A DNA stretch of 64,000 nucleotides from Acidobacteriota bacterium (GTDB taxonomy: Bacteria > Acidobacteriota > Thermoanaerobaculia > Gp7-AA8), in contig JAFATB010000014.1 in assembly GCA_019244185.1 (NCBI GenBank), positions 608,001 through 672,000 of the forward strand. The letters run 5' to 3'. The notes beneath the pieces are model-generated. The model made no database searches. It was given only the letters and a program-made list of their open reading frames with translations, and was not told the origin of the DNA. The translations under genes were made by a program, and so were the position numbers. Shown in pieces: positions 56,219 to 64,000 of the stretch; within the stretch, counting starts at the first letter, position 1, and each line of letters opens with the position of its first letter.

Positions 56219-56489
56219 AGCGGCCGAGGTTCGGCAGCGCGTGCGCGGAGAGGAACCGGCGGAGGACGATGCCGCCCAGCGAATGCGTGACGACGTCGAC
56301 GCGCGTGGCATCGGCGAGGCGTGGCGCGACTTCGCGAGCGAACGCATCCGCGTGTTCCGCGATCGATGCGCTGCGCGAGCGATAGTTCCAGTTGATCACC
56401 CTGTAGCCGCGCCGGCGAGCGGCAGCGGCGAGCGGCCACATCGAGCGATGCGTGCGGCCGAGGGCGTGGATCAGGACGAGCGTCTTCAT
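56190..56489 (-). pseudogene. Truncated alpha/beta hydrolase (lipase-like)
   Basis: VLIHALGR, VVTHSLGG nucleophile elbow; the frame enters the palindrome and stops at 99 aa. Confidence 0.7.
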
Positions 56490-56564
56490 ACGTTCTGCTT
56501 ACGTTTCGTAAGCGCCGCGGTTGCGCCGTCGTAGAATCGCGCGGCAATCAGGAGGTCCTTTCTC

Positions 56565-57314
56565 ATGGCCACCTTCACCTCGCATCCGCCCGGAACGTTC
56601 AACTGGATCGAGCTCGCCACCAACGACGTCGCCGCCGCCCGCGCGTTCTACACCGCGCTGTTCGGGTGGGACGTCACCGAGATCAAGGGCGAGTGGGGCT
56701 CGTACTTCATCTTCCGCAACAAGGAGCGCGATGCGGGGGCGATGTTCGACCCGGGCGCGGACAAGGGTCCGCCGCATTGGATCTCGTACGTCAGCGTGAC
56801 CGACGCGGATGAGACCGTGGCGAAGGCGAACAGTCTCGGCGCGACGGTCGTTGCGCCGCCGTACGACGTGTCCGACTACGGGCGCTCCGCCGTGCTGCAG
56901 GACCCGCAGGGTGCGACCTTCGCGATCTGGCAGGCGAGGAGCGGCATCGGCCTGCATGTCCGCGACGAGGTGAATGCGCTCTGCTGGAACGAGTTGCACG
57001 CGCGCGACGTCGAGCGCGCGCGTCAGTTCTATTCAGCGCTCTTTCAGTGGCGCGCGAAGGAGTCGCCCGAGTACACGGAGTGGCACGTCGGCGAGCATGC
57101 CATCGGAGGTATGCTGGCGGGACACGATCCGTCCACGCCGCCGTTCTGGCTGCCGTACTTTTCGGTCGCGGATTGTGATGCGACGGTCGCGGCCGCCGAG
57201 GGGCAGGGCGCGAAGGTCCATTTGCCGCCGATGAGCGTCGAGCACATCGGACGCTTTTCGATCCTGGCCGACCCGCAGGGCGCGGCATTCGCGGTCATTC
57301 GTCTCGCGAGTTGA
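56565..57314 (+). CDS. VOC/glyoxalase family protein with two domains
   Basis: WIEL..FY.ALFGW...DPQGA pattern occurs twice. Confidence 0.9.
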   Translation: MATFTSHPPGTFNWIELATNDVAAARAFYTALFGWDVTEIKGEWGSYFIFRNKERDAGAMFDPGADKGPPHWISYVSVTDADETVAKANSLGATVVAPPYDVSDYGRSAVLQDPQGATFAIWQARSGIGLHVRDEVNALCWNELHARDVERARQFYSALFQWRAKESPEYTEWHVGEHAIGGMLAGHDPSTPPFWLPYFSVADCDATVAAAEGQGAKVHLPPMSVEHIGRFSILADPQGAAFAVIRLAS

Positions 57315-57429
57315 GATGACGGAATGCCTTCCGGGGTGGTCGTGTTGTCATGACGGCTTCTGAAGGGATTTGCAACACCCGTGGCGATCTCCTGTCAGGC
57401 AGCAACATTAGGAAAGGAGATTCCACACC

Positions 57430-57633
57430 ATGCGTCAGACCGGAACCGTTAAGTGGTTCAACGATGCCAAGGGCTTCGGCTTCATCACGACCGAAGGTGG
57501 CGAGGACGTGTTCGTCCACTTCAGCGCCATTCAGTCCCGCGGCTTTCGCTCTCTTCAGGAGGGCGCGCAGGTCGAGTTCGATGTGACCCAGGGCCCGAAG
57601 GGCCTGCAGGCCGCGAACGTCACCGTCTCGTAA
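57430..57633 (+). CDS. Cold-shock protein (CspA family)
   Basis: [32 protein letters not shown]. Confidence 0.97.
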   Translation: MRQTGTVKWFNDAKGFGFITTEGGEDVFVHFSAIQSRGFRSLQEGAQVEFDVTQGPKGLQAANVTVS

Positions 57634-57650
57634 GCTCGCAACCATCGACA

Positions 57651-57690
57651 AAACAACAAGGGCGCGCCTGACGGCGCGCCCTTTTGTTTG
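57651..57690. terminator. Bidirectional terminator between convergent genes
   Basis: A-rich flank, AAGGGCGCGCC-TGAC-GGCGCGCCCTT, T-rich flank. Confidence 0.85.
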
Positions 57691-57706
57691 ATATCCACGT
57701 GATTCG

Positions 57707-58306
57707 CTACTTCTTGCGCGAGTACTCGATCGTCATCGACTTGTACATCTGCCCGTCCGGACCGGGCGTCCACATCTCCATGGTGTGGTGATTCGCGTCG
57801 ACGACGGTGATCGTCTCTTTCACGGTCGTGTCCTTGCCGGTCATCGGATCGGCCATCATGCCGTTGAACGTCCACGACTTGCCGTCGGCGGACATCCCCG
57901 TGCCGTTCGACATCATGATGCCGGTGGACATGTTGTCCATCCACGTGCCCCAGTACTGCTTGCGCACGTTGTCGTAGCCGGTGTAGCCGACGCCCTCGAA
58001 CGGCATGCCCATGAACGCGCCGCTGAAGTTCTGGCGCAGGTAGCGGCCGCCCATGATCCAGTCGTTCTGCGACGTGCCGGTCATGACCATCGGATCGGCG
58101 CCCGGCATCATCCACGTGGTGACCTTCGCGTCCCACGCGCCGGCCATGACGTCGAGCTTCTTCTGCGCGTCGCCCGGCATGCCCGCGTCCATCATCGCCT
58201 TCATCATCGCGGGATCCATGGCCGGCTTCTTCGGCGCATCGTCCGCGACCGACGCGAGCGCGCCCGCGCAGACCAGTCCCAGAGCCACCCAGGTCTTGAG
58301 TCTCAT
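57707..58306 (-). CDS. DUF1579 family secreted protein
   Basis: Signal peptide; GGRYL, GYTGYDN.RK.Y.GTW.DNMST. Confidence 0.85.
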   Translation of the reverse strand: MRLKTWVALGLVCAGALASVADDAPKKPAMDPAMMKAMMDAGMPGDAQKKLDVMAGAWDAKVTTWMMPGADPMVMTGTSQNDWIMGGRYLRQNFSGAFMGMPFEGVGYTGYDNVRKQYWGTWMDNMSTGIMMSNGTGMSADGKSWTFNGMMADPMTGKDTTVKETITVVDANHHTMEMWTPGPDGQMYKSMTIEYSRKK

Positions 58307-58341
58307 ACCATTCCTCCTCCAGTTGTTGCGATGGAGAAATG

Positions 58342-59922
58342 CTACTCCAACTCGCCGTCACTCCACGGGCGGGAGATGACGCACGAGTTGATGCCGCCCA
58401 CGCCCATGCTCAGCTTCCCGCTGTAGCCGTGGCGCACTTCGCAGCCGTCGCGCTGCACGAAGTTCGCGGTGTGCACTTTCACGTCGGCGTGCAGCTCGCC
58501 TTCGGTGAGCGGCATCGGGAAGAGTTTCCCGCGCGCCATGCCGAGGTGCTGGGCGGTGAGCTCCCAGCCTCCGCCGACGGACATGCCGTGGCCGAACGTG
58601 CCCTTGCGCGCGGTGAAGACGACGTCGGGATGCAGGAGCTCGAGCGAGTTCTCGATCTCCGTCGCATCGCCCGGCGTCGCGGTGGCGTGCATGTCCCACG
58701 TCGTGATGTCGGTGGCCTGCACTTCCTCCAGCGCCGCGCGCATCGCCAGCTGCGGTCCGCCTTTCGACGGCGTGATGATGTGGTGCGCGTCCGACGACGT
58801 TCCCACGCCGACGATCTCCATGCCGACGGGACGGAAGCCCTGCGCGGCGAGCGCCTCCGCGTCGCCGACGATCCAGATGCACGCGCCGCCCGCGACGTGC
58901 GTGCCTTTGAGTCCCGTCAGCGGACGCGAGACGTCGGCATCGGCGGAGAGCACGTTCGCATTGTAGAACGCGCTGATGACCATCTCGTGCGGCGGCGGAT
59001 CGGTCATGCCGATGACGACCGCGGTCGCCTCGCCGCGCTGGATCGCGTCGACGGCGAGCTTCGTCGCGACGCCGAACGACGCGCACGCCGCGACCGGCGC
59101 GAACGCCGGACCGACGATCTTGCCGAGCATCGAGATCTGCGATGCGGGGATGTTGGCGATGTTCCAGAGCAGGTTCGGCGACACCGCCGCCCACGGCTCT
59201 TCGGGGCAGCCCCATTTGCGATTCAGGTTGCGGATCTTGTTCAGCTTCTGCCGGATCGTGGAGAGCTTCGCGGAGCCGGACGACGGCGGCACCGGCTCGC
59301 CGTGAATCGCGCGCGCTTCGTCCAGATACTCCGCGAGCGCGTCGCTCTTCGCCGCCCAATGCGCTTCCCACGCGTGCTTCGCATCGATCCACGCTTCGGA
59401 GCCGAGCGGCGCGTCCGCCGGATTCGCCGGCGCGCTCGCGTCGGTCTCGCCCTCGAGATGCTTGCGCAGCGCGCTGCAACGTTCCGGCTTCGCCCAGAAC
59501 TCGTTCCACTTCCGCAGCGCGCGGTCGTACCCGAGCGCCTCGGCTTGCGTGACCGTGATCTCGCCGAGGCCGGTGCCGACGTAGATGTGGCAGCGCGTGC
59601 CGAGCGCTTGCAGATACTGCTCGATGCCGGGGTTCTGCCCGAGGGATTGGATGAATGCGCCGATGGCGTACTTCACCATCGGTCCCATTTTCTCTTTCAG
59701 CTGCGCGAACTTCGCGGGCGGAAAACGCTCGTCGAACCACGCGTGGTATGTTTCGAAATCGAAGTCCGGGTAACCGACCAGGAAGTTCGACTGCCCGTAA
59801 CCGGTGAACGGCGAGAGCCACGTGTCGGAGCTTTCGAGGTTGCGTTCGAAGGCGTCGACGTTCGGCGACTTCGGCGCGACGATGCCCCACCCGAAAACGC
59901 CGACTCGTTTGCGGTCCGACAT
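58342..59922 (-). CDS. Beta-ketoacyl synthase (FabF/FabB-like) with a large insertion
   Basis: AACAS catalytic Cys, SSDAHH, DMHATATPGD..E, KGTFGH, SMGVGGIN. Confidence 0.85.
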   Translation of the reverse strand: MSDRKRVGVFGWGIVAPKSPNVDAFERNLESSDTWLSPFTGYGQSNFLVGYPDFDFETYHAWFDERFPPAKFAQLKEKMGPMVKYAIGAFIQSLGQNPGIEQYLQALGTRCHIYVGTGLGEITVTQAEALGYDRALRKWNEFWAKPERCSALRKHLEGETDASAPANPADAPLGSEAWIDAKHAWEAHWAAKSDALAEYLDEARAIHGEPVPPSSGSAKLSTIRQKLNKIRNLNRKWGCPEEPWAAVSPNLLWNIANIPASQISMLGKIVGPAFAPVAACASFGVATKLAVDAIQRGEATAVVIGMTDPPPHEMVISAFYNANVLSADADVSRPLTGLKGTHVAGGACIWIVGDAEALAAQGFRPVGMEIVGVGTSSDAHHIITPSKGGPQLAMRAALEEVQATDITTWDMHATATPGDATEIENSLELLHPDVVFTARKGTFGHGMSVGGGWELTAQHLGMARGKLFPMPLTEGELHADVKVHTANFVQRDGCEVRHGYSGKLSMGVGGINSCVISRPWSDGELE

Positions 59923-59988
59923 AGGCGGTGCATTGTAATTGCATCAGACGACAGCCGCAGCAGCGAACTCCGCGAGAAAGAGGGATCC

Positions 59989-60324
59989 GTGAAGAGCTCA
60001 GCCAGGCGTTTCGCCGTCGTCGTTCTCCCCGTCGTTCTGATGGCGCTCGTCGCCGCCGCCGCGTGCGGCAAGCGCGAGAGCGCCGCGACCGGAAGCGCGA
60101 CCGAGACGATCGCTCCCGCGCCGCCGCAACCGGCGACGACCGGCACCGACGCTCTCACGCAGACCGTCGACGTGGAAGACAGCCGCTCGGAAGCCGAAGG
60201 CGGCGCGCTGACCGAGCCGACCACGGCGCAGACGTCGACCGCCTCCGCGACGACGAGCACGACTTCGACCGCGGCGACAAAAACATCGGCGTCCAAGAAA
60301 ACGGCTCCCAGCAAGAAGCACTGA
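59989..60324 (+). CDS. Small Thr-rich lipoprotein
   Basis: Signal ending VAAAAC-GK; stop overlaps the next ATG. Confidence 0.65.
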   Translation: MKSSARRFAVVVLPVVLMALVAAAACGKRESAATGSATETIAPAPPQPATTGTDALTQTVDVEDSRSEAEGGALTEPTTAQTSTASATTSTTSTAATKTSASKKTAPSKKH

Positions 60325-61175
60325 TGTCCAACGCGCTGTACGCGCCGCTGATCGAGCGCGAGCTCGACGCGATTCCCGCGGCCGCGCACGCGTTCGCCGA
60401 CGCGCATTCGGACGACGAGCTGTGGCTCGCGATCGCGCGTTTCGCCGTGCTCGCGTACGCGCCGTCGCAACACGCCAAGCGCGCGCTCCTCGCATGCCGC
60501 GCCGCGCACGAGATCCGCGACGAGACCGGCGAACGTTGGCGCGAGCTGCTCATCGCGTGCGCCGTCTACGTGGCGGAGAGTCGCCAACCGTGGAGCGAGC
60601 CCCCGATCCTCGAGCCGCCGCACGTCGATAACGCGCAGCCGCAAACGCTCGACGAGCTCCGCGCCGCGATGACGGAACGCGATCGTCTGCGCGGTGAACG
60701 CTGGCTCGCCGCGCGTCTGCACGATCCCATGCTGACGAACGAGCTGCGCGCGCTCGCCCGCGGCGACGCGCTCCTCGTCGTCGATGGCGTCCTCGCCTTG
60801 CTCCCGCTCCTCGGCGAGAAAGGCCGCTACGCGTTGCTACGCGTCGCGGTGTGGGAACTCGTCGCGAACGAGTCGGACGGCGATGATGCGCGCGAGTCGC
60901 TCGATGCGTGCATCGCGCGCGCCGTCGCCGAACACGGCTCGATTGCGTCCGTGCAGCCGGTGCTCGTCGCGATCGCACGCGAGCGCGCGATCGCGCCGCT
61001 CGCGCCGCCGTCGCGCACGTTCGCGCCATATCCGCTCGCGCGCGACTACGCCCAAACGCTGCTCGCCCACGCCGCCGCCCGCCGGCTCGACGCGCAATCC
61101 GCCGATGCGTTTCTCACCGCCGTGCACGACAATCTCGCCCATGGCGAAAGCTACGCGGATTTCAGCTTTGCGTAA
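60324..61175 (+). CDS. Hypothetical helical protein
   Basis: TGATG coupling to the upstream gene; GC3-rich codon usage. Confidence 0.65.
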   Translation: MSNALYAPLIERELDAIPAAAHAFADAHSDDELWLAIARFAVLAYAPSQHAKRALLACRAAHEIRDETGERWRELLIACAVYVAESRQPWSEPPILEPPHVDNAQPQTLDELRAAMTERDRLRGERWLAARLHDPMLTNELRALARGDALLVVDGVLALLPLLGEKGRYALLRVAVWELVANESDGDDARESLDACIARAVAEHGSIASVQPVLVAIARERAIAPLAPPSRTFAPYPLARDYAQTLLAHAAARRLDAQSADAFLTAVHDNLAHGESYADFSFA

Positions 61176-62364
61176 TTCTCAATTCTGCCTTCTGCCCTCT
61201 GCCTTCTGCCTTCTGCTTTTGACCTCCTGCGCAACGACAACGACGTCACCACTGCGACAAGCGATCGACAGCGAGATCGCAAAGTTCCCAAGAGCTCTCT
61301 GGTTCGCCGACGTCGAAGACGACAACGGCCACGTGCTCTACGCGCGCAACGCGAGCCTCCTCGCCGTGCCCGCTTCCAACCGCAAGCTCGCTGCTGCCGT
61401 CACCATCGCCAACTGCCTCGGCACCGACACGCGTCTCGCCACGACCATCTGGCGCGACGGCGACGATCTCGTCGTCTCCGGCGACGGCGACCCCTCCCTC
61501 GGCTCGTGGCGCTATGAACGCGACAACGACTTCGACGTCGTCGCCAATGCGCTCCGCGCGCGCGGCATCACGCGCGTCCGCGATCTCGTCGCCGACGTCT
61601 CGTCCTTCGGCGACCGCATCACGATTCCGCCGGCTTGGAAAGTGAACTACCTGCCCGAGACCTACGGCGCGCCCGTCGACGCGATCGCCTGGGAAGAGAA
61701 CGGCGCGAACGGCCACTCGATCCCCGATCCCGGCATGTTCGCGCTCGCCGCGCTGCGCGACGCGCTCGTGCTGCACGGGATCGCCGTCGACGGCACGCTG
61801 CGCGTCAACACGACAGCGCACGCGTTGAATGAGCAGATGGGCGAAAAGCTGCTCGAGATCCCGTCGCCATTCGTCGGACAGCTGCTGACGACGGTGCTGA
61901 AGAACAGCCAGAACCTCTACACCGAAATGCTCTTCAAACGCGCGAGCGACGGCACGTACGCGAGCTCGTTCGCACGCGAGCGCGCGCTGCTCGCGTCCGA
62001 TATCGGCGCGCGCGGCGACGCCTTCCGCTTCGTCGACGGCTGCGGTCTCGCGCCCGACGATCTCGTCGCGGCCGAGACGACGGTGAAGATCCTCCGCTGG
62101 ATGAACGACCCCGCGCGCCGCGGTTTCTGGTGGACGGTGCTCGCGCAACCGGGTGAGGAAGGCACGCTGCATCGCCGCGTCGTCGCGCTGCACGACCGCA
62201 TGCGCGGCAAGACCGGCACGTTGAACGGTGTCAACGCGCTGAGCGGCATCATCGCCATGCCCGACGGCCACTATCGCTACTTTTCGCTGATGGTGAATCA
62301 CCAGGCCAGCGACGCGGACGCGGAAGACGCGCTCGATGCGATGGCGCTGGCGATCGCGCGGTAG
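61141..62364 (+). CDS. dacB: D-alanyl-D-alanine carboxypeptidase/endopeptidase (PBP4, S13 family) lipoprotein
   Basis: PASNRK (SxxK), GDGDPS, SQN (SxN), KTGT; LLLTSC lipobox. Confidence 0.85.
   Translation: MAKATRISALRNSQFCLLPSAFCLLLLTSCATTTTSPLRQAIDSEIAKFPRALWFADVEDDNGHVLYARNASLLAVPASNRKLAAAVTIANCLGTDTRLATTIWRDGDDLVVSGDGDPSLGSWRYERDNDFDVVANALRARGITRVRDLVADVSSFGDRITIPPAWKVNYLPETYGAPVDAIAWEENGANGHSIPDPGMFALAALRDALVLHGIAVDGTLRVNTTAHALNEQMGEKLLEIPSPFVGQLLTTVLKNSQNLYTEMLFKRASDGTYASSFARERALLASDIGARGDAFRFVDGCGLAPDDLVAAETTVKILRWMNDPARRGFWWTVLAQPGEEGTLHRRVVALHDRMRGKTGTLNGVNALSGIIAMPDGHYRYFSLMVNHQASDADAEDALDAMALAIAR
61176..61216. repeat. Heptamer tandem repeat (TTCTGCC)n, a half-element of the heptamer family
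   Basis: TTCTCAATTCTGCCTTCTGCCCTCTGCCTTCTGCCTTCTGC. Confidence 0.75.
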
Positions 62365-62418
62365 CGCGCGTTCCAACGAATCGCGTTTCGCGACGTCTCT
62401 AGGCAGGGAGGGATTCGT

Positions 62419-63021
62419 ATGCCTCGCAGGACGTTGGCGCTCCTGTCGTTCGTCGTTGCACTGCATGTCGCGGCAGATCCGGCGAAGCCGTTGACGCTTC
62501 CGATCGGAACGCCGGCCCCCGTGCTCGAGGTGCGGTTTCTCGATGGCTCGAAACCGAAGCCGTGGCGGGAGCTCCGCGGGCGCGTCGTCGTGCTCGAGTT
62601 CTGGGCGAGCTGGTGCAGCCCGTGCGTCGCCGCGATCCCGCACATCGACGCGCTGAAGCGCGAGCTCGCGAACGAGCCGGTCGACATCATTTCCATCACC
62701 TACGAACCGAAGGCGAAGACGGACGCGTTTCTCGCGAAGCATCCGATGTCGACAAACGTGGCGCTGGACCACGATCTCGCGACATTCACCGCGTACATGG
62801 CCTGGGGCATTCCGATGGCGTACGTGATCGACAAGGAAGGCAACGTCGCGTCGGTCGTCTATCCCGCGAAGCTGACGGCGGCCGTCATTCGCGACGTCAT
62901 GGCCGGACGGAAACCGGACGTCGAGCAGGAGCAGGGCTGGTCGGATCCCGAGGGGGCGGCGAAGTACTTCCGCGAGCAGTTGGAGGCGGACCGGAAACAA
63001 TTCGGCAGCAGCGAGCCGTGA
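62419..63021 (+). CDS. TlpA/ResA-like thiol-disulfide oxidoreductase
   Basis: VVLEFWASWCSPC, GIPMAYVIDKEG; signal peptide. Confidence 0.9.
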   Translation: MPRRTLALLSFVVALHVAADPAKPLTLPIGTPAPVLEVRFLDGSKPKPWRELRGRVVVLEFWASWCSPCVAAIPHIDALKRELANEPVDIISITYEPKAKTDAFLAKHPMSTNVALDHDLATFTAYMAWGIPMAYVIDKEGNVASVVYPAKLTAAVIRDVMAGRKPDVEQEQGWSDPEGAAKYFREQLEADRKQFGSSEP

Positions 63022-63036
63022 AGTCGTGCGGCGAAT

Positions 63037-64000
63037 TCAACGCCGCGTGAAGGTCTCGTCGAAGAAAGTCAACGTCTTGACCGTCCCGTCGACATCGCTG
63101 CTGAACGCCACCTGCTCGTCGACGTCGTCCGGCTCGGAGACGGCGGTGAAGACGTCGTAGTGAAAGTGGGCGAGGGGAATGGTGAGGCGATTCCACCGCA
63201 GCACGAGCCCGTTCTCCGCGAGCGAGATCTTCACCGTACCGTACGCGCGGCTCTCGTAGTCGCCGGCGTACGCGGCGAGCGGATGCGACGGCGTCGTGTT
63301 CGGCTGGCGCCTGGCCTGCCGATCGAGCTTCTCCTTCGCTTCTTTCTCGTCCGCCTTGCGGTCGACCATGAGGTAGTACGCGTTCCAGTCGCGCCCCATC
63401 TTCGCGGTGAGCATGTCGATGAGCGTGTTACGCAGCGCGACGAGGGCCATGCCGCGGCCGAGGTTCGAGAGGATCACGAAACCGATGTTGCGGCGGGGGA
63501 GGAGATCGACGTGCGTGCGGAAGCCGTTGAGCGCGCCGGCGTGCGAGACGAGCAGCTCGCCGCGGTAGTCCTGCACGTTCCACCCCATCGCGTACGAGAG
63601 CAGTTGCGTCTCGGGGTTCGTGTCGCGCGTGAGCCCATCGAGCCGGATCACCGTCTGCGGCGTCTTCGTCTCCCCGAGCCCCTCGGCACTGACCAGCTGC
63701 CGGTTGTCGAAGAAGCCCTGCGCGAGCTGGAAGCGGATCCAGTTCGCCATGTCGTGGGCGCTCGACTTGATCGCGCCGCCCGCGCCGATCGTGGTCGTGT
63801 CGATCGGCTGCTGCGGCGTCACGCGCTCGGTCGTGAAGTCGTAGCGGAAGCCGTTCGCGTGATCGGACGCGGCCCAGTCGGCGTCGCTCGTCACCGTGCG
63901 CGTCATCTGCAGCGGCTGGAAGATGCGCGTCTTCACGAAGTCGTCCCAGCGCATCCCCGACGCGTGCGTCACGACTTCGCCCGCGGCGATGAACATGATG
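63037..64000 (-). CDS. Serine hydrolase (beta-lactamase family) with C-terminal DUF3471-like domain; 5' end outside the window
   Basis: RIFQPLQM, GAGGAIKSS..DMA, YAMGW, HAGALNGF, YAGDYES..YG. Confidence 0.88.
   Translation of the reverse strand, partial: IMFIAAGEVVTHASGMRWDDFVKTRIFQPLQMTRTVTSDADWAASDHANGFRYDFTTERVTPQQPIDTTTIGAGGAIKSSAHDMANWIRFQLAQGFFDNRQLVSAEGLGETKTPQTVIRLDGLTRDTNPETQLLSYAMGWNVQDYRGELLVSHAGALNGFRTHVDLLPRRNIGFVILSNLGRGMALVALRNTLIDMLTAKMGRDWNAYYLMVDRKADEKEAKEKLDRQARRQPNTTPSHPLAAYAGDYESRAYGTVKISLAENGLVLRWNRLTIPLAHFHYDVFTAVSEPDDVDEQVAFSSDVDGTVKTLTFFDETFTRR

Noticed and set aside
62419-63021. Dedicated cytochrome c maturation locus for the multiheme operon
   Set aside because: A single TlpA-like gene 35 kb away, with no ccm or ccs/res genes beside it

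Overview
High-GC bacterial chromosomal window with a diderm envelope. Gene content (TAT and lipoprotein signals, an outer-membrane barrel, DUF1549/DUF1501) is compatible with Acidobacteriota such as Thermoanaerobaculia, but this is inference. The first ~32 kb is an envelope-focused accessory region with three parts. (1) A giant Ig-repeat/beta-helix surface protein is followed by three phage tail-collar-domain paralogues, a TAT protein, a GNAT and a DUF6916-like gene. (2) An eight-gene operon (11773-26859), whose last six genes overlap at start/stop, encodes a DUF4388-FHA protein, a flavin/2x cNMP/4x[4Fe-4S] protein, a 4-His membrane protein, an FHA-decaheme-FHA protein, a tandem GlcG/HbpS protein, an outer-membrane barrel, a decaheme-LVIVD protein and a c554-like cytochrome, about 25 c-hemes in total. 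It reads like an uncharacterised, signal-gated trans-envelope redox conduit. (3) A second tail-collar triplet in the same subtype order is followed by a DUF1549/1553-DUF1501 pair. The rest is mixed housekeeping: a ChvI/ChvG-like two-component system, dnaK-hspR with HAIR-like operators, a cold-shock gene, a FabF-like synthase, DacB and others. There are also two families of palindromic intergenic elements, several apparently leaderless genes and two single-base frameshifts. No rRNA, tRNA, CRISPR array, transposase or prophage was recognised. Family assignments are from motif recognition by eye; no database searches were run.
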